From a virus: a stretch of DNA of 64,000 bases. Of the stretch, positions 1 to 9,990 are shown in pieces. Position 1 is the first letter of the stretch; the number at the start of each line of letters is the position of its first letter. The position numbers and the translations under genes were made by a program. The stretch lies in IMG/VR virus record IMGVR_UViG_3300044638_004964, positions 32,001 to 96,000 of that record; one strand, written 5' to 3'. Under the pieces are notes generated by a model. That model was not told the DNA's origin. It did no database searches and worked only from the letters and a program-made list of their open reading frames with translations.

Positions 1-2
1 AT

Positions 3-1760
3 AGAGCTACTGGCGAGATGTATGAAACTCCACAGTTTGCTTATATGGCTATTGCTATGGCTTTATTCAACGTTGTTGATGAAGTTAAGGATGCCTATGA
101 ATGCTTCTCAACATTTAAAATTAATCTTCCAACCCCAATTATGGCTGGAGTTAGAACTAAAATCAAGCAATTCGCTAGTTGCGTACTAGTTGACGTTGAA
201 GATGATTTAGATTCTATCTTTTCTAGTATTCATGCTGTTGGTAAATATACTGCCCGCCGTGCGGGAATAGGATTAAATGTTGGGCGAATTCGCCCAATTA
301 ATTCTAGCATAAGGGGCGGTGAAGTTATTCATACTGGTCTTATCCCTTATCTTAAGATATTTGAATCAACGGTTAAGGCCACTAGTCAGAATGGTATTCG
401 TGGAGGTTCAGCCACTGTACATATTCCATTTTGGCATTATGAAATTGAAGATGTAATGGTTCTTAAGAATAACGCTGGAACAGACGATAATAGAGTACGA
501 AAGCTAGATTATTCCGTTCAGTTTAATAAGTTATTTTATGAACGACTAATTAAGAATGAAGATATTACACTATTTAGTCCAGAAGAAACTGGTGGACTAT
601 ATAGCTCTATGAATAATAACGAAGATTTCAAGAAGCTTTATGAAAAGTATGAGAATTCTCGAAATATTAAAATGAAAAAGAAAATCAACGCTAGAAAGCT
701 AGCAGAAATTTTCACTAAGGAAAGATTAGAAACTGGGCGAATCTATGTTATGAATATAGATAATGCTAATGAGCATGGATCATGGGATGCTCCAGTTTAT
801 ATGAGTAATCTTTGTCAAGAAATTATTCATCCCACAAAGCCAATTAATTCTATTGAGGATAAAGAGGGCGAGATTGGTATTTGTATTTTATCAGCACTTA
901 ATCTAACAGAACTAGATAGTGATGATGATATTGCTAATGCTTGCAGAATAGCTGTAAGAACTCTTGAGTCAGTTATAGATTATCAAGATTATCCAGTAGC
1001 TGCTGGAGAAAATTTCACAAAAAATCGTAGATCATTAGGTATTGGTATTACCAATTTAGCTGGTTTCTTAGCTAAGAATAAGTTAAAGTATGATGATCCA
1101 AATACTCTACAGCTAGTACATTCTACTATGGAAAAGATTCAATGGAATCTATTAAATGAATCATGCCGTTTGGCAGCAGAGCTTGGTTCTTGTAATAAGT
1201 TTAATGAAACAAAATATTCTAGAGGTTTACTACCGCTGGATTGGTATAAAAAAACAGTTGACGAACTGGTTAAGCCAGAGTATAATATGGATTGGGAGGG
1301 TCTAAGAGCCAGAATTAAAGAATATGGACTAAGACACTCAACCCTAACCGCTATAATGCCATGTGAGTCCTCTAGCGTTATCCAGAACAGCACAAATGGC
1401 ATTGAGCCTGTCAGAAGTCTACTTTCTTACAAGAAGGCTAAAAACGGCGTTCTAAAGCAGTTGGTGCCAAACTATGCGTCACGTAAAAACTATTATTCAT
1501 TAGCTTGGGAAATGGAAGATAATAAAGCTATACTTAATATATGTGCAATTCTACAAAAATTCGTAGATATGAGTATTAGCGTAAACTTATACTATAATTA
1601 TGCTCACTTTCCAGAAGGTAATATACCCTTGAGTGTTTTGATCAAAGATCAAATTTATGGTTTTAAATATGGTATTAAAAATTTTTACTATTGCAACACT
1701 CCAGATGGAGATGGAGCAACGGAGAAAGAAACCTGTGAAGGTGGATCGTGTGCAATTTAA
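3..1760 (+). CDS. nrdA: Ribonucleotide reductase class Ia alpha subunit (5' end outside window)
   Basis: Frame is open from position 3 (RATGEMYETPQ). Motifs: PTPIM, FASCVL, SNLCQEI (N-x-C-x-E catalytic), CILSA, tyrosine pair FYY, C-terminal CEGGSCAI cysteine pair. Confidence 0.97.
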   Translation, partial: RATGEMYETPQFAYMAIAMALFNVVDEVKDAYECFSTFKINLPTPIMAGVRTKIKQFASCVLVDVEDDLDSIFSSIHAVGKYTARRAGIGLNVGRIRPINSSIRGGEVIHTGLIPYLKIFESTVKATSQNGIRGGSATVHIPFWHYEIEDVMVLKNNAGTDDNRVRKLDYSVQFNKLFYERLIKNEDITLFSPEETGGLYSSMNNNEDFKKLYEKYENSRNIKMKKKINARKLAEIFTKERLETGRIYVMNIDNANEHGSWDAPVYMSNLCQEIIHPTKPINSIEDKEGEIGICILSALNLTELDSDDDIANACRIAVRTLESVIDYQDYPVAAGENFTKNRRSLGIGITNLAGFLAKNKLKYDDPNTLQLVHSTMEKIQWNLLNESCRLAAELGSCNKFNETKYSRGLLPLDWYKKTVDELVKPEYNMDWEGLRARIKEYGLRHSTLTAIMPCESSSVIQNSTNGIEPVRSLLSYKKAKNGVLKQLVPNYASRKNYYSLAWEMEDNKAILNICAILQKFVDMSISVNLYYNYAHFPEGNIPLSVLIKDQIYGFKYGIKNFYYCNTPDGDGATEKETCEGGSCAI

Positions 1761-2404
1761 AACGCATGTGTAATATATGTACTATTGAAAAACCATTAAC
1801 ATCAGAATTTTTCCATAAAAAATTAGACACTTTTCATTCTATATGTAAGGAATGTAGAAAAACTCAAGAAAAAACTAGATATTTAAAACAAAAAGGCAAA
1901 AAGAATATACAGAGTAAAGAGTATTATCAGAGCCACAAGGATAAACTTAAGTTATACGCCAAAAATTATAGACAAGAAAACACAGAAAAATTAGCAAATT
2001 ATGAAAAATTAAGGTATAAGAAAAAATCAGAAAAAAGAAAAATCTTAGCCTCTAAAGATGGTTCATCAAAAATACTACATAATATGAGAGTGTGTATTAA
2101 TAGGTGTGTAAGAAATAAACAAAAGTCATCACCAACACTCAAGTATCTGGGATGTTCTTTAGAGGAATTTAAAATACATTTGGAGTCAAAATTTGATGAA
2201 AACATGAATTGGTCTAATTATGGAAGACCAACAGGAACAAATCGGGATGGCTGGCACATAGATCATATTAAATCATTATCATCATTTAAATTTAGTAATA
2301 ATGATACATCAGAGCAATTTGAAGAAAAACTTAAATTAGCTTGGCACTATACAAACTTACAGCCCCTTTGGGGTCTGGATAATATATCAAAAGGGAAAAA
2401 ATGA
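1748..2404 (+). CDS. Free-standing HNH-type (homing) endonuclease
   Basis: N-terminal CxxC...CxxC, basic linker, then WSNYG...WHIDHIKSLSSF...HYTNLQPLW...N-x-x-K core. Overlaps the nrdA stop. Confidence 0.8.
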   Translation: MCNLKRMCNICTIEKPLTSEFFHKKLDTFHSICKECRKTQEKTRYLKQKGKKNIQSKEYYQSHKDKLKLYAKNYRQENTEKLANYEKLRYKKKSEKRKILASKDGSSKILHNMRVCINRCVRNKQKSSPTLKYLGCSLEEFKIHLESKFDENMNWSNYGRPTGTNRDGWHIDHIKSLSSFKFSNNDTSEQFEEKLKLAWHYTNLQPLWGLDNISKGKK

Positions 2405-2805
2405 AAAAATTAGACTTAATTTATAAGGTTGATGCTAATATGGATTGCCCGCCAGCTACTCAGGATATTGCTGTAAATCTAAAAAATAGGCAATATGCTA
2501 TAAATGTAGCTAATTATGGTCCAGCCAATCCAAACAATGAAGATGAAGAATATTGGCAGAAAAAAGCAGACCAGTTTAAAACATCCATAGATCAAGCTAA
2601 AACTATGAGATGTTCCAACTGTGCGGTCTTTATTATCAAAGAAAAAATGATGAATTGTATACAAGTTGGTTTAGCATCAGAAATGGAAAACGCTAAAAAG
2701 ATGATGGATTTAGCAGATTTAGGTTATTGTGAATTATTCGATTTTAAATGTGCCGGTAGTCGCACATGTGACGCTTGGGTGGCAAATGGACCTCTAAAAG
2801 ACTAG
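2401..2805 (+). CDS. Cys-rich hypothetical protein with HiPIP-like cysteine pattern
   Basis: RCSNCAVF...GYCELFDFKCAGSRTCDAW. Start overlaps the upstream stop (ATGA). Confidence 0.5.
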   Translation: MKKLDLIYKVDANMDCPPATQDIAVNLKNRQYAINVANYGPANPNNEDEEYWQKKADQFKTSIDQAKTMRCSNCAVFIIKEKMMNCIQVGLASEMENAKKMMDLADLGYCELFDFKCAGSRTCDAWVANGPLKD

Positions 2806-2824
2806 TGGAGAAATCTTTAAGATA

Positions 2825-3904
2825 ATGAAAACTATATTGAATAAAAATAATATCGACTACCTAACACAACCACTATTTCTAGGAGAGGATCTTTCTCTAC
2901 AGAGATATGACAAGTTTAAATATCCTGTATTTTTTGATCTCTTTAAGAAACAAATGGAATTCTTTTGGAGGCCAGAAGAAATTGAATTGAAAAAAGATAG
3001 AAACGATTTCAAGAATGACGATATAATGTCAGATAATGAACGCTTCATCTTTACATCTAATTTGAAATATCAAACCATGATGGATAGTGTTATCTGTCGC
3101 GGTGTTCCCACGCTGCTAGAATATGTTTCTAATCCAGAACTAGAAGCATGTATGAATGTGTGGCAATTTTTTGAACAAATCCATAGTTATAGCTATACCT
3201 ATATTATTAAAAATGTGTATAGCAACCCAAGCGATATTTTAGATAGTTGTTTAACAGACAAAGAAATTCTCAAACGAGCTAATGTTGCTATTAAAGAGTA
3301 CAATACTTTAAGAGACTTGAAAAAGTCTGGAACAACAAAAGACATTAAGAAACAAATATACTTAACACTAGTTAGTGTAAATATACTTGAAGCTGTGCGT
3401 TTTTATGTTTCATTTATTTGCGCTTTTGCTTTCGCAGAGAATAAGAAAATGATTGGTAATGCTGATATAATTAAGCTAATTAAAAGAGATGAGGCATTAC
3501 ATCTATATAATACTCAAGAAATTATTAAAATTTTGCACACTGTACCAGAAGAAGGATTTGTTAAAATAGCAGAAGAATGCCAAGAAGATGCTATTAAAAT
3601 GTTTGAATCAGCAGCAGCAGAAGAAAAAGCTTGGTCAGAATATCTATTTAAAGATGGGTCTATTATTGGACTTAACGAAAAAGTTATGGCTCAATATGTA
3701 GATTGGCTTTGCATGACCAGAAGAAAGAATATAGGTCTACCATACGATAAGGGTTGCAAAAATCCAATTGCCGGATGGACTGATCCGTGGATGAATAGCG
3801 AAGCTGTTCAAGTTGCTCCACAGGAACATGAGATTACTTCATATAAAATTGGTGCTAGCACAAACGATCTTGAGGATACAGACTTGGGAGGATTTGATCT
3901 ATGA
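2825..3904 (+). CDS. nrdB: Ribonucleotide reductase class Ia beta subunit
   Basis: FFWRPEE; metal ligands in MDSV, EQIHSYSY (with radical Tyr), LEAVRFYVSF and RDEALH; C-terminal QVAPQE..I.SY. Confidence 0.97.
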   Translation: MKTILNKNNIDYLTQPLFLGEDLSLQRYDKFKYPVFFDLFKKQMEFFWRPEEIELKKDRNDFKNDDIMSDNERFIFTSNLKYQTMMDSVICRGVPTLLEYVSNPELEACMNVWQFFEQIHSYSYTYIIKNVYSNPSDILDSCLTDKEILKRANVAIKEYNTLRDLKKSGTTKDIKKQIYLTLVSVNILEAVRFYVSFICAFAFAENKKMIGNADIIKLIKRDEALHLYNTQEIIKILHTVPEEGFVKIAEECQEDAIKMFESAAAEEKAWSEYLFKDGSIIGLNEKVMAQYVDWLCMTRRKNIGLPYDKGCKNPIAGWTDPWMNSEAVQVAPQEHEITSYKIGASTNDLEDTDLGGFDL

Positions 3905-4347
3905 TAAATACTAAAGATCTTGCTTGGACTGTGTGGTGCAAGCAAATTGAAACAAATGCAAAAACTCCAACTAAAGCCAACACAAATGATGCTGGATGGG
4001 ATTTGTATTCAACTATTGACACCATTCTTCCACCAAAACAAAGAAAAACTGTCAAAACGGGGATAGCACTAGAGATGCCAGAAAATATGGCTGGATTAAT
4101 TTGGCCACGATCTGGACTATCTGTAAAACAAGGGATTGACGTACTAGCTGGAGTTGTAGACTCTGGCTATAGGGGAGAAGTCATGGTTTGTTTATACAAT
4201 ACCTCTGATGAGAATGTATCGATAAGCTGTGGGGATAGAATCGCGCAGATTATATTCCAAGAGGTTCCTCGCGTCATGATGATTAATCAAGAAGGGCTAG
4301 GTTCCTCGCAACGGGGAGACAACGGCTTTGGCAGCAGCGGCAAATAA
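3901..4347 (+). CDS. dut: Trimeric dUTPase
   Basis: All five motifs present: AGWDL, PRSGL, GVVDSGYRGE, GDRIAQ, RGDNGFGSSG. Confidence 0.97.
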   Translation: MINTKDLAWTVWCKQIETNAKTPTKANTNDAGWDLYSTIDTILPPKQRKTVKTGIALEMPENMAGLIWPRSGLSVKQGIDVLAGVVDSGYRGEVMVCLYNTSDENVSISCGDRIAQIIFQEVPRVMMINQEGLGSSQRGDNGFGSSGK

Positions 4348-5029
4348 TAAATACGACAAATCGAAGAATACCAATAAAGAAAACCGTAAGAAGCAAAAAA
4401 CTTCTCAAACTAATGTTCTTGTCGCCAAAACGGAGAATCAAAAAGATTACATCAGATCTATTATAGAAAATGATGTTACGTTCTGCACTGGACCGTCTGG
4501 TACTGGCAAATCTTTTATAGCTGCCGGTATTGCTTCTGATCATATTCAGAAAGATAAGATTGACTCTATCATTGTTACTAGACCGCTAGTATGTACTGGT
4601 AAAGATATTGGATCATTACCGGGAGAATTAAATGATAAAATCAAACCATATCTGGCCCCGATGGAAGAAAATCTTAAGTATTTTCTAGGAAGAGATAAAT
4701 TTGGATTGTATTATAATACCAGAAGAATTCGTTTTGAACCATTAGAAACCATGAGAGGGGCAACCTTTCATAACGCCTATATGATTCTTGACGAAGCTCA
4801 GAATTGTACTCTTGATCAAATCAAGATGTTTATTACAAGAATGGGCGAAAATTCGAAGGTAATTATTAACGGTGATACTAAGCAAACCGACCTATATAGA
4901 GATAGTGGTTTATATTACTGTCTTGAAAGACTTGCTGGATTGCAAGGTATAGGAATTTGCACTTTAGATTACCAAGATATCCAAAGAAATGGTATAATAG
5001 GAAGGGTCTTGATGGCTTTAGAATCATAA
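4328..5029 (+). CDS. phoH: PhoH-family ATPase
   Basis: GPSGTGKS, TRP, LPG, MRGATF, ILDEAQN, TRMGENS, GDTKQTD, DIQRN. Start codon uncertain (TTG). Confidence 0.95.
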   Translation: MAAAANNKYDKSKNTNKENRKKQKTSQTNVLVAKTENQKDYIRSIIENDVTFCTGPSGTGKSFIAAGIASDHIQKDKIDSIIVTRPLVCTGKDIGSLPGELNDKIKPYLAPMEENLKYFLGRDKFGLYYNTRRIRFEPLETMRGATFHNAYMILDEAQNCTLDQIKMFITRMGENSKVIINGDTKQTDLYRDSGLYYCLERLAGLQGIGICTLDYQDIQRNGIIGRVLMALES

Positions 5030-5038
5030 GGAATTTAT

Positions 5039-5401
5039 ATGTTGTATGATTATTATTGTGAAGAATGTGGCAATGAACTAAAAGACGTTCAGCAGTCTAT
5101 CAAGGATGATGCTCTAATCACATGTCCCGACTGTGGAAAAGATGCCCTAAACAGGGTAATATATGGTGGGATAGGCTGCTTCGTCAAGGACATGAAAACG
5201 CTAGGACAGATTGGCGATAAGAACTGGTCCAATATGGGTCACTACAAGAGATCCGAAATTGAAATGGCCGCGAAGGAGAAAAGTGAGAAGGAAACTCCTT
5301 ACTTTTCTTCTTTCGGTTCAGCGACTCCCGCGAATAGAAAACAAATTAATAAGATGACACCGGCACAGAAAAAGAAATATATCATGGGAGGGGAAACATG
5401 A
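5039..5401 (+). CDS. FmdB-family zinc-ribbon protein
   Basis: YDYYCEECG...CPDCG...RVI; AAGGA ribosome-binding site upstream. Confidence 0.8.
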   Translation: MLYDYYCEECGNELKDVQQSIKDDALITCPDCGKDALNRVIYGGIGCFVKDMKTLGQIGDKNWSNMGHYKRSEIEMAAKEKSEKETPYFSSFGSATPANRKQINKMTPAQKKKYIMGGET

Positions 5402-5733
5402 AATTTGTAGAAAGCTTTAATAAAGAAGACTTTGTAAAACCATCGGAATCATTAATGGTTGATAGGGTTGGTAAAAATACCGATGATGAAAAGAAGGCTT
5501 TTGCTAAATCTATGATTATAAGCCTTGGTGACACAAATCAAACCAAGTATTTTGTAAGAACACACAATAACGTGCCATACGATCCAAATGGTCAATATAG
5601 CCATAGAGAATCATATTTAAGAACAGAATTAAAACCTGTAACAAAACAGACTTTTGAAAGTTATGTTGCATATCTACAAACAAAGAATCAATTACACATG
5701 ACAAAGGCTCAAAGGAGTTTTATCAATGGCTAA
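5398..5733 (+). CDS. Hypothetical protein
   Basis: ATGA overlap with the upstream gene; part of a coupled operon. Confidence 0.7.
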   Translation: MKFVESFNKEDFVKPSESLMVDRVGKNTDDEKKAFAKSMIISLGDTNQTKYFVRTHNNVPYDPNGQYSHRESYLRTELKPVTKQTFESYVAYLQTKNQLHMTKAQRSFING

Positions 5734-6028
5734 TAAAAAAGGACCGCTAAGTAAAGTTGAATCTTTTTATGTTGAAGCTCAAGTTAAACTTGGCACTAGC
5801 GTAGAGGATATAGCTACTGATTTAAATAGACCACAATCATCAGTAGAAAGCTATATAGCTAAAACTTCTAAGAAAAAAGAAGCTACAGCAACGAGCGATC
5901 AGTTTGCTAGACAAAGTGGCGCAACAATTATGACAGAAAATGCTTCATCAATGATCGACGCAAAGAGAAAGAAACCATCACTGCCAGCAAAAACAATGTC
6001 TTGTGTTACTAGAATAAAAAACGTATGA
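5726..6028 (+). CDS. Hypothetical protein, possible N-terminal HTH
   Basis: SVEDIATDLNRPQSSVESYI resembles a helix-turn-helix; AAGGAG upstream. Confidence 0.6.
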   Translation: MANKKGPLSKVESFYVEAQVKLGTSVEDIATDLNRPQSSVESYIAKTSKKKEATATSDQFARQSGATIMTENASSMIDAKRKKPSLPAKTMSCVTRIKNV

Positions 6029-6663
6029 CTAGAATTGCTCTGTTCACAAGTATTTCTGCTAATATCGCAGAAATTGCTCATTTAACAACGCCAAACAAGC
6101 TAGAGTATTGTTTAAAACACGACTATTCTTTAATAATTGATAATCAAAAATATGAAGAAGCTATTGATAGAGTACACTCAATTATACATCTATTTGATGA
6201 ATATGATATTGTGTGGACACTTGATGCTGATGCTATAATTACAAATATGAGTATCCCCTTTCATACATTAGAATGTTTGGGAGATAATATAACAGTGTGC
6301 GAAGAGGGGATGGTTTATTGGAATATAATTAATTGTGGGTCAATGATTATGAAAAACACCCTTCAAACAAAAACTCTCCTACAATTAATCAGTATTAATA
6401 AAAGTAACTGGAAAAATTTACCAGCGTCGTGGCAAAGCTGGTTAGGATTGAACGCTGATGTATTTAGTAATATGTTAACCATTGCTCCTGTTGGATCGTT
6501 CAATTCTGTAGAATGGAATCTACCCGCTAATTCAGCAGCTTGGGGGCCACCGGGAAGCAATTGGAAAAATGGACATTTGGTATATCATCCATGCAGTATT
6601 TTCCCTAGAGAAGAACGTATTAAATATTTAAAAAACGCCCTAGAAACTAAAGTGATAAGATGA
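6025..6663 (+). CDS. GT-A glycosyltransferase, GT34/MNN10-like
   Basis: NKLEYCLKHDY, VWTLDADAII (DxD), INCGSMI, FNS, LVYH. Confidence 0.75.
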   Translation: MTRIALFTSISANIAEIAHLTTPNKLEYCLKHDYSLIIDNQKYEEAIDRVHSIIHLFDEYDIVWTLDADAIITNMSIPFHTLECLGDNITVCEEGMVYWNIINCGSMIMKNTLQTKTLLQLISINKSNWKNLPASWQSWLGLNADVFSNMLTIAPVGSFNSVEWNLPANSAAWGPPGSNWKNGHLVYHPCSIFPREERIKYLKNALETKVIR

Positions 6664-7091
6664 ATAACTTTATAACATCTCATGAATGTTGGCTTGTTGA
6701 ATATCGTAAAGATAAGTATAATGTTTGGATTAGGGCAACCCTTTCTAACGGAATAGAATATTATTTACCTAATCATGAACAATGGTTGGAATTAAAAACT
6801 TTGTGTGATCAGAAACATCTTAAAGTACAAAAACTTGGGTTGCAGTATCGTTCACACTTTGTTGAGGTTGACATGGGCGATGCAGAAGGTGTATACTTGG
6901 TTCGATCCCTCATCGGAAGAATGGGAGAAAATAGCAAACAGGCTATAACAATTGGAAAAGTTTATGGGAACATTGTTAAAAAGACGATGTGGGTAACTCC
7001 AGAGTTAGTTGAGGATTTGTCAGACGAAGATCCGGTCGAAAATTGTTTTATGGAAGCATTGATATTATATGACAAAGAAGAAAACAAATAA
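6660..7091 (+). CDS. Hypothetical protein
   Basis: Overlapping, coupled ORF; no recognised motif. Confidence 0.65.
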   Translation: MNNFITSHECWLVEYRKDKYNVWIRATLSNGIEYYLPNHEQWLELKTLCDQKHLKVQKLGLQYRSHFVEVDMGDAEGVYLVRSLIGRMGENSKQAITIGKVYGNIVKKTMWVTPELVEDLSDEDPVENCFMEALILYDKEENK

Positions 7092-7593
7092 ACCAGAATT
7101 ATTCAACAAAGATTACCAAAAAGAATGGTCAGAAACTCATAAGTACAAACATATCCACACTGGTGAACACTGTACTTTCGAAGCTTACGTTGCAGAATAT
7201 ATAGTATTGAGAAGGGCTGAAAAGCTCAACGATGGAAAACCATCATATAAATTTTGGACAAAGGGAGATCCCTTACACTGGTTGTGGAAAAAGCAACACG
7301 GTGCAGCTTTGCAGCTTAAAAAGAAATATAGCGAAGAAGCTATACTGTCGGCTATCAAGTCAAAAGATTTTGATAGACTGCTTGTTTTAGGGGTCCAGAA
7401 TGGGCGAGGATATAAAATAAATCCAGAAGCTGAAAAAGTCATAGCTAAACATCAAAGATATATAGACGAGCAGCAAAATAAACTAACTGTCAATCTAGAG
7501 CAAGAAGTTGAAGAAAAGAATCTTGAAACCAGAGCTACTCAGAGCTATAATAAAGGAAAGAAACCAACCATCAGTCAATTGAGGAATCTATGA
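7069..7593 (+). CDS. Hypothetical protein
   Basis: Overlapping, coupled ORF directly upstream of the recombinase. Confidence 0.65.
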   Translation: MTKKKTNKPELFNKDYQKEWSETHKYKHIHTGEHCTFEAYVAEYIVLRRAEKLNDGKPSYKFWTKGDPLHWLWKKQHGAALQLKKKYSEEAILSAIKSKDFDRLLVLGVQNGRGYKINPEAEKVIAKHQRYIDEQQNKLTVNLEQEVEEKNLETRATQSYNKGKKPTISQLRNL

Positions 7594-8693
7594 GCAAAGT
7601 TAAGAAAGCAAGTAAGTTTACAACAGATTTGGTAAGTAATAATATCGTAAATAAATATGGCGATGTTGTTAGAAGTGGAACGGAAGTTTTAGAAAATATC
7701 AACAATCTTAATGTCATTGGAGTATCTCCAGCATTAGATATTGCTTTGGGTGGCGGTTTACGCGAAGGCTCAGTGGTTGTAATGACGGGCGATCCTAAAA
7801 GTGGAAAGACTACAACCGCATTACATTTTGCAGCTAAGTGTCAGCAAAAGAGTAAAAGAGTAATCTATGTAAATACAGAGGGCAGATTATCTAAGCAAAA
7901 CTTTGTTGGCATTAAGGGGCTTAACTCTGATAATATTCTTATTATTGAATCAACTGATGAAAGAGTTTTATCGGCAGAAGACTTTCTCAACATCATTGAA
8001 AGCTATATTAATAATGATCCCGGCTGCTTGATTATAGCCGACTCGCTATCAAATATGGTTCCAGCAGTTGAGCTTGAGGGTGAAGTACGAACCGGCGTTA
8101 GAAATGCTCTACCACGACTTCTTTCCATGTTCTTCAAAAGAATCAGCGGAACACTCATGAAGAATAAGACCATCCTAGTTTGTATTACTCATAACATTGC
8201 TAATACTGGTGGTTCACCATACGCCCCACAAAAGATGGCAGATTGTGGCAATATGTTGCAATATCAAGCTGGCACCAATATGGTTATTACTCATAGAGGC
8301 AAGTGGCAAGTTCCAAAAGATACTGGCCCACACGTTGGTCAGATTGCAAACTGGTCTATTAAAACTTCATGTGCTGGCGGTAGACCTAATAGCACAGCGG
8401 AGAGTTGGATTAAGTATGGGATAGGCATTGATGAAGTTCAAGAGATTATTCATATCGCTTGTGAATTTAGACTTATCAAAGCTGCTGGTGCTTGGTATAC
8501 TATTCAGTGTGCGGTTGATGATCTAAGCAATCCAACCGTGAATGAAATGCTAGAAGAAAATAAGGTAGCAAAGACTCCAGAGGATATTGAAAGATTTTTT
8601 AAGTTTCAAGGCGTTAATGCTGTAGCTGATTTCTTGAATAATAATCCAAAGATGGCATCTTTTGTTTATGAAAAGATCAAGGAGTTGCATTGA
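7590..8693 (+). CDS. recA: RecA/UvsX-like recombinase
   Basis: SPALDIALGGG, Walker A GDPKSGKT, YVNTE, Walker B IIADS, YGIGID, GAWY. Confidence 0.88.
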   Translation: MSKVKKASKFTTDLVSNNIVNKYGDVVRSGTEVLENINNLNVIGVSPALDIALGGGLREGSVVVMTGDPKSGKTTTALHFAAKCQQKSKRVIYVNTEGRLSKQNFVGIKGLNSDNILIIESTDERVLSAEDFLNIIESYINNDPGCLIIADSLSNMVPAVELEGEVRTGVRNALPRLLSMFFKRISGTLMKNKTILVCITHNIANTGGSPYAPQKMADCGNMLQYQAGTNMVITHRGKWQVPKDTGPHVGQIANWSIKTSCAGGRPNSTAESWIKYGIGIDEVQEIIHIACEFRLIKAAGAWYTIQCAVDDLSNPTVNEMLEENKVAKTPEDIERFFKFQGVNAVADFLNNNPKMASFVYEKIKELH

Positions 8694-9112
8694 AAGTTAA
8701 AGGAATTAATGGGAAAGAATATATTTGGAATCTTACGAAGTACGATATATTCTACGATGATGCTCGTAAGCGTTCAAAATATCATATTCGTGCTAGAAAC
8801 TTATTAAGAGAAATATTTCACAGCTATAGAATTCTTGAGGAAGTTAAACTACCGGGAAGCACAGCATTAAATAGAAAATCTGTTCTTTACCTTGACTTCT
8901 ACATTCCATCCACTAAGATGGCGTTTGAAGTTCACGGTGAACAGCACTATGAATACTGCCCATTTTTTCATAAGAGCAAAGCAGATTTTTTGAAGGCAAA
9001 AGCCCGCGATGAAGATAAGATAGAGTGGTGCAACATTAACGATATCCAGATTGTAATCTTAAAATTTTCAGAAAGTGATCATGAGTGGCGAGAACACATT
9101 GAGGGCATCTGA
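8690..9112 (+). CDS. PD-(D/E)xK endonuclease, DUF559/Vsr-like
   Basis: LYLDFYIP...AFEVHGEQHY...RDEDKIEWC. Confidence 0.75.
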   Translation: MKVKGINGKEYIWNLTKYDIFYDDARKRSKYHIRARNLLREIFHSYRILEEVKLPGSTALNRKSVLYLDFYIPSTKMAFEVHGEQHYEYCPFFHKSKADFLKAKARDEDKIEWCNINDIQIVILKFSESDHEWREHIEGI

Positions 9113-9557
9113 GAAACTCTCAGAACACCTAAGTCAAATAACATCATATATTGATCTCAGTAACACAAAGTTTTCTTCATTCAGAGAAGAATATTTGCTG
9201 GTTGCAAATTTATCATCCGACGAACTTAAAAAGTTAACTCAACAGGAAGCATTTGATACAGCCTATTTGCTATATGGATATTCTACTTATATTCAAGATG
9301 AGATAAACAAGAACAAAATAGCATTAGCTTGGTGTAATGATCAGCTTGAAAAATTAGTGGTTGCTCATAACGACGAGTTTGGTCAATATACTAAACACGA
9401 AGTTAAACGACAAATTATCATTAAGGATAATAATTATGCAGCTTCAGTAGATAAAATGAGAGAGGTTGCAGAAGCAAGATTACAAGCACTAGATGGTAAA
9501 GTATATGAACTGAAACGCAAAGCAGACATTCTATTAGAAAAAGCTAAGAGGATATAA
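9081..9557 (+). CDS. Helical protein, possibly a UvsY-like recombination mediator
   Basis: All-helical coiled-coil character, size, and position near the recombinase. ATG at 9081 preferred. The function is a guess. Confidence 0.4.
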   Translation: MSGENTLRASEKLSEHLSQITSYIDLSNTKFSSFREEYLLVANLSSDELKKLTQQEAFDTAYLLYGYSTYIQDEINKNKIALAWCNDQLEKLVVAHNDEFGQYTKHEVKRQIIIKDNNYAASVDKMREVAEARLQALDGKVYELKRKADILLEKAKRI

Positions 9558-9988
9558 TGGATCTTAATAATTTTTTAAATTCACTAAGTGACGAACAGAA
9601 GAAGCAATTAGCTGGAGCTTTATTAAGTTCAGTAGAATCAGAAAATCCTCCAGTTAAAAAAGAAAAAAAGCCAAAAATAAAGCAAACAAAACCAAAAGAA
9701 CCACCATCAATTATTGTAGATGATAATTTCACAGTAACTAGAGCAGAATCAAAAGATTCTCAAAATAGGAGAAAAGAACCCGTGAGAGCCAGAAAGAATG
9801 AGTGGAAAGACACAGGCGAATTTAGGGATGTTAATTCCTCAGATTACGACCTAGCGCCTAGCCCAAGAAAACGCGAAGCACCAAAAAAGATTGATGTAGA
9901 CTGTCATGTTTGTGGCAGGTCATTCAAGGCCGATCAAAGATTTGTATTTGGAGAATATCACCGCTGCAATAGGTGCGTTGGAAAATAA
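9557..9988 (+). CDS. Hypothetical protein with C-terminal zinc ribbon
   Basis: CHVCG...CNRC; GAGG upstream. Confidence 0.65.
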   Translation: MDLNNFLNSLSDEQKKQLAGALLSSVESENPPVKKEKKPKIKQTKPKEPPSIIVDDNFTVTRAESKDSQNRRKEPVRARKNEWKDTGEFRDVNSSDYDLAPSPRKREAPKKIDVDCHVCGRSFKADQRFVFGEYHRCNRCVGK

Positions 9989-9990
9989 TT

